From Tetramitus jugosus (Eukaryota; Protista; Heterolobosea): DNA of 64,000 nt. The translations under genes and the position numbers were made by a program. Location: NCBI GenBank assembly GCA_937625935.1, contig OW569382.1, positions 382,060 to 446,059 of the forward strand, written 5' to 3'. Positions 32,788 to 43,808 of the stretch are shown here, in pieces. Position 1 is the first letter of the stretch; each line of letters starts with the position of its first letter. A model generated the notes under the pieces. That model saw only the letters and a program-made list of their open reading frames with translations, searched no databases and was not told where the DNA came from.

Positions 32788-34155
32788 TTTTTTTTCCATA
32801 CAACAGTTGTTGCCACTTTATTCAATACACTACTATGAGACATGTCGTCGCTCAGAACCGCAGGTTCTGAGCTATTGTGCAGATCTCTTCGCTAGCGAGT
32901 CTTTCCAGACTTTATACATTCGTTTGATGCAAGATCTTTTCATTGCATTTACCAATCTTTTCACTTTTGTTTCCCGCTTCTTGCGGCTATATACTACTAT
33001 TTCCTTCATCAGTACCTCCTTCTGGTCCTCCTCTTTACCCATTAGTCCTGCCAGCAGCTCTTCCGATGTTCGACTGGGGTAGCATTTTGCCATCATCGTA
33101 CACCGCATTGTCAAACCAGAGATTGAGCTTGGCTGGTCTCATAAACTCCAGTTTGTTCAATGAAACCTTGAATTCTTCCACTAGTTCGCTTCTTGCTCTT
33201 TTGGCTTCTTCACACTCCACCAAGAGGTGTAGTATCGTCTCCGGTTCACTCTTGCAATGAGCACGCATGGTTTCCATCAGTGGTTCATACAGGTCTCGTA
33301 CTACAGTCTTTGTGTGCAAGTCCGGTGATAAAACCACAACTCACCTCTTTCTAGACCGAAAGGGCACTTCAAAACCTCATTCCACTCCTTATCCTTCTGC
33401 AGGTCAGCTTCTAGCTTCCAGTTTCCATCTGATTCTTACTTGCGCGAAATATTCCATCAAACCTTCTCTTACATTGGGGTTACTGAGAACAATGCCATCT
33501 GCCGTCACTTCTACGGCATCTTTCATTGCTCTCTGCGTCCTCCATCTTTCGTCACATGGTTTTCCAAGGAGCTCCATGTAGGCCTTTATCCTAGAGTACC
33601 TTGCAGGACCGACTCCTTTCAGCTTGAACTTCTTCTTGGCCTCCTCCAGTTTAATGACCATTATTCCATCCTCATCGAACAGTTGTAAGTTTTTCGTGAT
33701 TCCACTCTTCAAGAGCAGCTTGGCATCTCCTGAGGGGAGATGCCAACCGATGCTGCACTTCTCGCATTCGTGACCACTCTTTTGGCTTACGATTACCTCC
33801 GCACTGTGGAGGAGTTTGGCGCACCATACCAAGTATGAATGCTTGGCCTCACGAAGACGATTGTTGGATTGGAAAATGCTCGACCGAATGAGCGTTTGTG
33901 TGTGCTTGACGTCATCAAGCGTATCCAACAGAAGTGTTCGTGCTTCAGTGTCTCTTTTTCCATGCAGCATCCCAGCGATGAACGCTGATATCTTGGACGT
34001 AAGACTCACTCTGAAATCATTGAGCCCTATTCCTCCTTTGTCCCTCTCTACTGATAGCAACATTGAGGGGAATCTCTTCATGGCATTTGATCCATGCTTC
34101 ACTACCTTGCGACCAATACCTTCTATCTCGTTCATCCACTTCGTAGGCCAGTGGG
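32788..34155 (-). mobile_element. 5'-truncated, frameshifted LINE related to copy A (copy B)
   Basis: Poly(A) and 3' UTR nearly identical to A; ORF 33404-34135 similar to the ORF2 C-terminal half; TSD CTT(T/C)TTAGACTTATA at 32773-32787 and 37104-37118, the two halves separated by the later insertion D. Confidence 0.88.
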
Positions 34156-34158
34156 CTT

Positions 34159-37093
34159 TTTTTTTTTAATACAACAAATGGTTGCGGAACTTTTATTTTT
34201 CTTTTACGTGAGAGCAGGCTTGCCTGCTCTCAATTGTCTAACATGATGTGGTGCTTGCCCAGTGGAGTGGCAGGCCTACGCAACAGGATTCATTCTCTTC
34301 TTGGAATGTTGTTTTGATCCCTTCTTCAGGGATTCGTTGCGAGGGCCTCCACTACCATCTGGAGCACCACTGGTGAGGTCAGATGGCTCCGTAGTCCTAG
34401 CCAGTTGGTAGGACCTATGGAGAGCACCTGATTTGATACTGGCCAACCTGGCCGGGATCTTGTTGGCAGCAGTGTCACCAACGGTGACACGTGCTGATCG
34501 CTTCTTGTGTTCGTTGAGTTGGGGACTCTGTAACTCACAGTCGGGATTACTGAGATCCAACTCAACTGGATCTTCTTCGGTGGTTGTGCTTCTTGCACGG
34601 TCCACCATGATTGCTCGGGCAGCAATCTCTTTCTTGGCTTTCTTGAACACCTCTGAGGTGTTCAATACTAGCTCGAGGATTGCTCTGTTACGAGCATCCT
34701 CATCAATGGTGTTGTTGGTTGGCTCGGAGTCGTAGGTTCGAATTCGGAGATTCGCTCCGGCGTCCTTGGGCGGAGTTATTTGCAAATAAATTCGAGTGTA
34801 TTTGTGCCGAGCCCTAACCAAGAGGAACTGCACCAAGCAGCAAGGAGGTCATCATCACTGGAAAGTGTGAGGGGGAGCCAAGAAGATTGGCTTGGATTTT
34901 GGTGATTTGCTCACCAGGGTCCAAGTCATCAAGAAGGGCCCCAAGAGGTTTGTTGCGTGGGTAACTCTTGCTACTAAAGACATAACCGGATAAAATTGTT
35001 GATTATCCCTCCACCATTCCAATGAAAATTCCAAATTTGTTTTTTCTTTGCTGGATCCAGTTTTGTAATATCTGTCAACGTCGGACGCTGCCTTGTTTGT
35101 CTCAATGCTTCGAAGGGTATATTGATTCAAACTATAATCCGAACTCGGTGGTGAATCATCTATACCTTCCTCTTCTAAATCTTCAACATTATATTCCAAT
35201 TTGATTCTTTCGATGACTTCTCTTGTCAAAAATAATCTATCATTTTGATTTAAATGTTTGTCTATCCATATAGACTTTGTTCTAGGATCTAATGTAGCTG
35301 TTATATAGTAAACAAGACTACTATCCATCAGAGAATAGTATTTATCATACTTCTTCTTACCTAACTTCACTGCATTCACCAAATCATCGGTCAAATTTGC
35401 AAATTTCTTCCTTTTGCCGATCACATCATTTAACAAGTCATGAAGAGCATAATATACTGCTAGTGAATTAACAATCTGTGGTTTCTGAGTTGATAAAAAG
35501 TTTGTAAAGTCGTCAAACGTTTTCAGAAGCACCCTCAAGTTTGTTAGCTGTATCCAGTCATCACTTGATAATAAAAGGTCAGGGACCAAATCCGTTGCAT
35601 ATCGATTCAACTCACTAGGGAAACGAAATACATCGTCAATCATTTTGAATGTAGAATTCCACCGAGTATCGACATCATAGTCAATGAGCTTTTTTTGTTG
35701 ATCAGATGTAACCAATTCCAACCACTTGTTTTTTCTTTGCGTACTTCCTCTGATATACAATGCCATTGTTCTTATTTTCATGATAGCACTCAGAGAACCA
35801 ACTTTCTCATTTTTCATCAACTTTTTGATTGCATCCTCAGAGTCTTTCCGAGCTCCAGCTTTGATGACAGTCATTATCGCTTTTACAACCAAATTGATTA
35901 TGTGTGCAAGACAACGAATGAGACTTTCAGTTCCTTGATATCAGATTGTTCGATCGTGTCTACCCCTCAATGCTGTTTTCAGGGAAGAAACAAGGGAACC
36001 CGAAAGTGTGTCATTGTTTTTTGCATTGTCTGATGTGATGGTTAGTAGTTTGGTTAGTAAATCTAATTCATTAAGCGTTTCAATGACATGTTCCGCAATA
36101 TTGGATCCTGTATGGCAGCCTTGGATGGATTTAAAATCAAGTACGCGCTGATAAAGTTCAAATTCAGGGCCAATCCATGAACCAATGATACCAATAAATG
36201 AATTGTTGTGTGGGCTAGTCCAAGCATCAACGGAAATCGCAATTGAATTGCATGTAGAAAGTAGAAAGTGTTTCAACTGTTCTCTTGAGTTCTTGAACTC
36301 TGATTCAACTAACGTTTTCAATTTCTTGGCCGATATCAGCATGTTCAACTCCATTGTTCGAAAATAAATGTTTTAGATATGGACTTTCGGTAAAACAGAA
36401 TGGAAGATTCTCCATAACAATTAAGCGTACAATATCTAGACAGAACTGTTTTTTCTTGTCCATAATTAACTCAGGTGTTGAAATACTGCTTTCGTTGACC
36501 ATTTTATCTCGATGGTCTCTTTCAAGGTGCCTGTGCATATTGCTGGTTGAGTTGTGACGGCAACTCTCCAGTACAGACCAAGTATCACAGTAATTGCATT
36601 TGATTATTTGGTCATTTTCTTTTCCACCATCTCTATTTATCGGTGATACCGAAAAATGCTTCCAAACCGAACTTCTTCTTTGATTCTTGTTTGTGTTTCT
36701 TGACTTGTTTTTCTTTGCTGCTGCGTTGGTTAGTTCCTGCAATAACTCTTGATCAATATGTGCGATATCTTCGTATTCTTGAATATCATCATCCTCTTCG
36801 GGGTCCATTTGACTATAGTCATGCTGAATGCGGCGTCTCTTGTGGCTATTTTCCTCTTGATTCATTTTTGTTATTTGCGAATCACTCGAGTTTTTTCGAA
36901 TTTGAATTTGTTTTTGGGTGTGTGAAAATTTCAATTTGAACCTGTTTTTGAATTTGACTGATTCGTTTATTCGCGAGTTTACTCGAACTTGTGCCGAGCC
37001 CTACTCTTGGTGCTGTGGTCCACATATCATAGCGTGGATTCTCATACTCACGAACAACAGGGGGTGTGTGTTCGTTTTTTTATCGGCGTTTTT
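34159..37093 (-). mobile_element. ORF1-only non-autonomous retroelement (copy D), interrupted by a hAT transposon
   Basis: TSD GG(C/T)CAGTGGGCTT (34146-34158 and 37094-37106); poly(A); A-rich 5' end like copy A; the reconstructed ORF resembles the ORF1 N-terminus and stops at 34276 with no ORF2. Confidence 0.75.
34964..37003 (-). mobile_element. hAT transposon with a degenerate transposase (BED finger, DDE-RW); other end displaced and inverted at ~34720-34816
   Basis: SSVWKHF..CNYC..MHRHLERDH, SVDAWTS, TITSDNAKN, RCLAHIINL, TRWNST and WWR..YP motifs; TIR TAGGGCTCGGCACAA; 8-bp TSD CTCTTGGT; two frameshifts; C-terminal catalytic-E region missing. Confidence 0.9.
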
Positions 37094-37120
37094 GGTCAGT
37101 GGGCTTCTTAGACTTATAGT

Positions 37121-37630
37121 TTTTTTTCCATACAACAATTGTTGCCTCTTTATTCAATACACTACTGTGAGTCATGATTCCGCTCAGCACCGTCAGGTGC
37201 TGAGCAGTGCTTCACTCCTCTTCACGACAGAATTAATATATACCTTGTGTAGTGCCTTGACACAGGCCCTCTTCATGGAATCCACCATACATCTTATCAC
37301 CTTCTCTGTCTCCCTTTGTTTCCTGTCGGAGAGCACCATTTCATCCAATAGTTCTTTCCTAAAGTCCCCCTCTTTTCCCATTAGTCCCTCTAACAGTCCT
37401 TCAGAGGATCGCTTGATATTTCGTGGTTGTATCTTGCCCTTTTCATATATCGTATCGTCAAACCAGAGCACAATTTTGGCTGAGTCCGGTAGCATCAGCC
37501 TATCCAATTTAGCTTTCACCTCTTCTACGAGTTTCTTTCTGGCTGTAAGGGCAGCGTCGCACTCTACCAACAGATGTAAAATGCTCTCCGGTGCAGCGCC
37601 ACAATTAAGACGCTTTGCATCTAAACTGGA
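37121..37630 (-). mobile_element. 510-bp 5'-truncated LINE directly upstream of tRNA-Ile (copy C)
   Basis: Perfect 15-bp TSD TCTTAGACTTATAGT (37106-37120 and 37631-37645); poly(A); encodes the ORF2 C-terminus (ESILHLLVEC...KIQPRNIKR). Confidence 0.93.
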
Positions 37631-37672
37631 TCTTAGACTTATAGTGTAACTGAGTAGAAAGTTAATATTCAA

Positions 37673-37745
37673 GGTCGTTTAGCTCAGTCGGTAGAGCGTT
37701 GGTCTAATAAGCCATTGGTCGCAGGTTCGATCCCTGCAACGACCA
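37673..37745 (+). tRNA. tRNA-Ile(AAT)
   Basis: Acceptor stem GGTCGTT/AACGACC, A-box TAGCTCAGTCGG, anticodon loop CTAATAA, B-box GGTTCGATCCC, TTTT downstream. Confidence 0.95.
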
Positions 37746-38107
37746 ACATTTTCTCTTGCAAGAGGAAAGTAGATGTTCCGCTTGTCTATCCTTGGAGATT
37801 GAATATTCGACCAGGAATTATTCTTTTAGGACACCCGAAATGGCGTCCTCCGTTGTAGGGTTCATTTCCCAGCAACGAACACAATCCACCTATCACACCA
37901 CATATCGAGAGTGAGCTTATTGATCAAGCAGTCGCAAGAAACTAGTTGAGTGAAGGTCATCCCATTTTTTGTTTATTGTCTACTACCACCCGAACGACAC
38001 ACGCACACAAACAAAAAGCAACATACTACCCAAAGAAAAAGCTCACGGCACACACACACAAAATCACTCAAAACAAAAGCTTTGTTGTGGTGCGAGCTTG
38101 AACAACA

Positions 38108-41100
38108 ATGCAAGCGACTCATCCATCATTTTTTCTTCATGGTCAGAGTCCATCAACGACAACAACTACAACAACAATAAATCTACGGCATCAACTACAA
38201 CAACCCATTACTAGTAAAAAGAGAGGAAAAACGAAACATCAAGAATCATCATCATCATCATTCTATGAGAGTCATCATCAAAAACAAAAACAACAACGAT
38301 TAGTGATCAACACGCATGCACTCGCACTGTTCATCATCATCACGATATATACCCTAGTTTCATCATTTTTCTCACTACCATTTACTAGGACCATGTTTGA
38401 TATCAATCATCCTCCAATGATGATGATGATGATACCATTTGTAGGTGCACAGAGCTTTGATCATCCACTGAATGAATATGTTTTTGGTTCTCCATTATCT
38501 CCCTTATTGTCCTTTGTATCACCCTATTCAAGCTCATTTTCATCTTCTTATCCATCGTATGAAAAAGTGTTCAACAATGAGTCAGTGTTGAAATTTGGTC
38601 AGAGTTGTGCAATCACAGGACCCAATCGTTCACCTTGTCTAGAGTTTAATAAGGGAGTGAAGGCAGCTCTGCATGAAATCAATAAGAATGGACTATGGGG
38701 AAATTCCAAGAGAATTCAAGTGGAGACAGTGGACGATGCGTACAAGGCAACTCTTACATACAATAATACGATGGCATTCTTAGAGAGAGATGACGTGTTT
38801 GGTTTGTTTGGTTATGTGGGATCAGCGAATGCTTATGTATTGTATCAGTTGTTTGTTTCGTTTTTTTTTTGATGTCATGTTTTTTTTTCATACTTGTGTG
38901 CAGTGTTTGCATCATTATGTTTTTTGTATTATGTTTTTTGTATTGTGTGAGCTAACATGTCCTCTTGCTTGTTTTTATATCCTTTTTTCATTGTTCGTGA
39001 TGTAGGCTGTGTATGCTGAGGTTGTTGAGTCGGGTATACCGCTTATTTCAACACTGTCGGGTGCTTCTTTTCTGAGGACTCCGTTCTACCCTAACATTAT
39101 CAATATCAGAGCTGGATATATGGAAGAAGTGGCTGCGATGGTTGATTTTCTAGTGAATGAAAAACACATTTTTCGAATGTCGTTGCTCTATCAGAATGAT
39201 GCATTTGGATTAGCAATACGATCAAGTGTTTACACTGTGCTTACACAGCTCGAACTCTCACTGCAGTCAGAGGGCAATTACTCTACAATCGATTACAAGC
39301 TCGATGAAGCTATTGAGGATATATCAGAGGGTGAACCACGAGCCATTTTAATTGGTGGATCATATGTAGTGGCTGCTCAATTTGTGAGAAAAGTGAGAGA
39401 GTCTCAGCTCTTCAACAGACCACGAGACATTGTGTTTATTGCTATATCTTTTGGAGGAACAGACGCTTTTGCTCAAGAGTTACAAGCGAATGAATGGTAC
39501 AATATTTATTCAACCCAAGTCATGCTTTCGCCATTGGACTACTCGAAGACGTTGAATCAAAATTTTCTGAAATCTTTGAGAGAGATCGGTGAATTCTCAG
39601 AACCTTCTTTTCTGTCACTCGAGGGATATTTGTCAATGCGACTGGTAGCCACTGTGATTCAGCAAATTACAGGAAATTTGACTCGAACAAACTTCTTGAC
39701 CACACTCTATTCACTGTCATCGATTGTGGTAGATGGAGTATCTGTCGGACCGTTCTCTTGGTGCTCATCACCCGGAAAGTATAATTACTCTTCAGTGATC
39801 TCTAATATACCCACAACTACATGCAAGGATTGTAATAGTGGATTAGACTCAGTGTGGATTGCTACCATTCAATCCACCTCGCACAATACCTCGCGCTTTG
39901 TGGATTCGGATAACCAATATTCCTGGAGTGCAACTTGTGGATATGAACCAAGTTCAATTAGTTTACCAATCGTGTTCGGTCAGAGCATTCAAAGTAATGA
40001 TACACGTGGTAATTCGATGACATTTGGTATTAGCATTGCCTTTGAGCAATACAATCAACTTGCAACAGTGAACAACAGAAGGAAACTTGTTCTAGTGACC
40101 ATGACCCATAGCAATAATACATCACTATTGAGAAACATGTGGGATATGTTGAATGATAACAACATATTGGGATTCGTGGGTTTCACTGGACAAATAGTAC
40201 GAACTGTAGCACTGCCAGAGTTGCAAACAGAGATGGCTGGCATTCCATTAATTGGAACCAATATTGCCGATGCCGACATGATTCATCCGTACATCTCCAA
40301 TGTTATTAATATTAGACTTTCGGAACGTGAAGAACTTGCGTCCATAGTCAACTATGTCCTCAACACTTTTGGATATACAAGAATATCAATGATTTGTCCT
40401 TCTACATATATGAGCGTGTTTAGCTTCTTGGACGAAGTATTGACAACACTTGGTTTAGAAATTGAGAGTTACTATCAGTATAATCGAACTATGCTTGTCA
40501 ATGACGAGTCATACATTCAGATGTTGCGCAATTTGACAGTGAATGGATCTGATCCTCAAGTAATCATATTTGCTGGTAGATCTGACGCCATTTTATCAAA
40601 GATATTAACTATGATAGAAACGAGTGATGTTGGATTACGAGATGATGTAATGGTCTCATTTGTCTCGACTCTCGCATTGAATGTGATCGCCGAACAGTTA
40701 TCAGCAAACGGTATTACTCGTCGGGTGTATGCAAGCTCTGTTGTCCCTGCTCCTACAGATGTCACCAATTCATTAATCGTCGCTTTTCAACAAGCAGCAT
40801 CATCCAATTCAAACTCTATTGAACTATCGCGGTTTGCAGCTGTCGAGGGTTATTTAATCGGCAAGTTCGTTGCTAATATGTTGAGTCTCAGAGGAACTGA
40901 CGTTGATTTATCATCTGAACAGTTGCTAAGGGAAATCTATGTGTGGGGTGAGTACTATATCGAGAGTGTCCATTTAGGAAAATATGTGAATGACTCAGGA
41001 GATCAGTCACCCTGCAATGTAGGCATGCGAACTATTTACCTCACTGAGTATAATCCGACCGGAGGTTCATTCGATAAGATTGCAGACACAGATGGAACCT

Positions 41101-43700
41101 TCACAGTGCCTTCAACTGAATGTGGACTTACGACGAATCAATCGATCGCAAACAGTATGAAAAAACCCTATATATTTGGCTATCTTCGTAAAGCCGGAAC
41201 AGAAATATCAGAATACGAGAAGGGTTTAACAGCATTGTTCGCCTCTGTCAATTCGAATACTGGAAGGGTACTTGGACGATTAAAACTTGTTTCTGTCGAG
41301 TATGAAGAAGGTGTTTCTCCACTCTCTGCTGTTAAAGAGTTGATAGATAAGTATAAAGTTTACGCGATTGTTGGACTGGGCTCCATGTACGACATATCTG
41401 AAGTGGCAAAGTATATGGCAACGAGAAAAGTTCCACTAATTGGACCCGTTGCCGGTAATTTAGACATTAGAAAACCGTACAACCGTTATGTTGTTAATAT
41501 TCAGCCGTCAATTGTTGATGAGTTTGTCGCTGCTGCTAGATATCTGATGACGTATGGGAGTGCCAACTCTTTCGTAATTGCATATGACTCTGGTAGCTCT
41601 TACTGGAGTCAATGTCTCAGTGATATCATATCATTTGTTAGAAAGGATCAGAAACAACATATCAAAATCTCAGCAACAATATCCATATCCATGAGCGACT
41701 ATGCTAGTTATCGCCGAGTTCAGTACAGCCGAGGCAGTATCCTGGTTGTTTTAGCAGAGCCCGAATTATCAGCCTCACTCATTATTTTCCTGCTACAGAC
41801 GACGTACAGTGCTGATTTTGTCCTTCCATCTGAAACTGGAACACAAGAGCTGGCTACAATGTTGAAGCCCTACGCCAGTACACTGTCATCAAGACGTATG
41901 CTGTACATGACTCAAACCTTGTCACCACCTGCTAATATACAACGAAGATCATTGATGGGTGCCTGGGATGCCGATGATGCGTTCGGAAACAACTTCTTAT
42001 CCATCTACAGTCAAGTCTACCCTAATTCGTATCCCACACCCCAAACTATGAACGGTTATTTGGCAGGTCGCTTGATTGATGAGGTGTTTTCTTTGATGTC
42101 CAAAACTGTTGGAATTACCACAGTTGACTCAGAAACATTTTTGAATACTCTCTACACTGCTTCCTCCTTTAACTTTGATTATGTAAAGTTAGGGCCGGTT
42201 GGAGTGGAGTGCTCAAAGACTGTCAAACGAACCGATAACTCCCGTCTGTCATTCGACTATTGTTCCAGTCTCTCTATTGGCTGTGATTGTAATCAAGCAG
42301 CCCGAACAGTGTACATGTCCTCTCTGAATTCAATCGTCAATGAGCTTCGATTTACTAACATTATCGAAGGTGAATTAACCTTTGCCGATTGCGGTGTTAC
42401 AGCGACTCGCAATACCAAAGTTATCAATCCAGGTATCTACTCTCTAATTTCAATTGTTGGTGTGTTGGCGCTCGTGTTCCTGTGCGTTTTGGTATTCGTG
42501 GTGTACAAGTGCATTCGAAGGAAGGATCGAACAAGATATGCTCCAAAAAAGAATGGTCTCTTGACATGCGTTTTTACAGATGTCCAGAGCAGTACATCAC
42601 TGTGGCAGAATCACGAGAAACCAATGAAGCTTGCTCTTCAAATGCATAATCGGGTGATGAGACAGAATTTGGTCGAGTTCAGAGGTCACGAAGTTAAAAC
42701 TGTTGGTGATTCGTTTATGTGTGTGTTCCGACAACCCTGTGATGCAGTTGATTGGGCTGTTCGAGTTCAAAAAGATCTGTTGGAGGTCAAGTGGCCATCA
42801 GACATTATTTGCAATTATGAGTGCAGGCAGCAGTGGGATGATGAATCAAAAGCACTCATGTGGAGTGGTCTTCGAGTCCGTATTGGTATTCATTATGGCT
42901 ATGCTGACTATAACTTTGACATCACGACGAGGCGTCCTGATTACTATGGTCCAACTATCAATTGTGCAGCCCGAGTAGAGTCAGTGGCTCGTGGTGGTGA
43001 GATTTTGATCACGGATGCCGTTTATCGTCGAACACAGTTCATGTTCTCTGATACGAGATTTAGAGAAGATAACCAGTGGGCTCAAGGACCTCCCATTGAT
43101 ACAACTGGAGCCTCATCAGCTGCTGTTAGCACCACAAATATCGAAACTGAGTCGTCAACATTCTACAGTCAAGAGTCCGGTAAGGAACGAGTCAGAGATA
43201 AGAGGATGAAGCGAGTCAAGGCCGCACGATTCGAGTCCTATCGTTTAATTGATGTGGGGCAATTCTCATTGAAGGGCATCTCTGATGCAGTACGTCTTTA
43301 TCAGGTCGCACCATTGAGTCATGCAATCTCAAAACGTGACTTCCCAGAGTTCCAAATTGATAGTACGAAGGATGATACACCTATGATGGGAGAAATAGAC
43401 GATACTGCATTGACTACTTCTAACAAGAGGTCGACCATGCCCTCAACAACAATAGACATTGAATTGATTGACGTGAGTTGCGAAGTTGTAGCCAACCAGG
43501 TGTCAATCCAAGATGAGTCAAGGTCTCCCTCTGTTACACCGCGCAACGAGGCTGAAATCAAGAATGTGCCCGATGAGATTACACTCACAAAAGATGGTTC
43601 AGATGCTGGAGATGCTGCCACCAACGAATCACAACTTAGCATTGTTCCCTCTATCGACTCTGAAGTCCCGCACAAGGACAAAGAAGAGCCGCAACAATAA
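38108..43700 (+). CDS. Receptor-type class III adenylate cyclase with three periplasmic-binding-protein (type 1) ectodomain modules, 2 exons
   Basis: Intron 38837-39005; modules begin KFGQS, VFGQS and IFGY; a TM segment precedes the cyclase motifs FTDVQSST, EVKTVGDSFM and DYYGPTINCAARV (K and D specify ATP). Confidence 0.9.
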
Positions 43701-43808
43701 AACCCACTTCCAGAAAATGCACGAAGTGTCACACTTTGGCCTGGGCTAATTATCTGTTCTGATGGGGAAGCTTTGCCAGAAAACAAACAACACCAAATAA
43801 AATTCAGA

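Noticed and set aside
34720-34836. N-terminus of the 186-aa ORF (34276-34836)
   Set aside because: Chimeric read-through of the inverted hAT end; only the distal part belongs to copy D ORF1.
34802-37003. 15-bp direct repeats as LTRs or a TSD
   Set aside because: Better explained as hAT TIRs with one end inverted, given the reverse-complementary 8-bp flanks.
27287-37630. Repeated 3' UTR segments as LTRs or a CRISPR-like array
   Set aside because: They are poly(A)-tailed 3' ends of separate LINE copies, each with its own TSD.
36918-37649. 243-aa plus-strand ORF and other long antisense ORFs (e.g. 30123-30806, 46956-47582)
   Set aside because: Shadow frames opposite genuine genes or elements.
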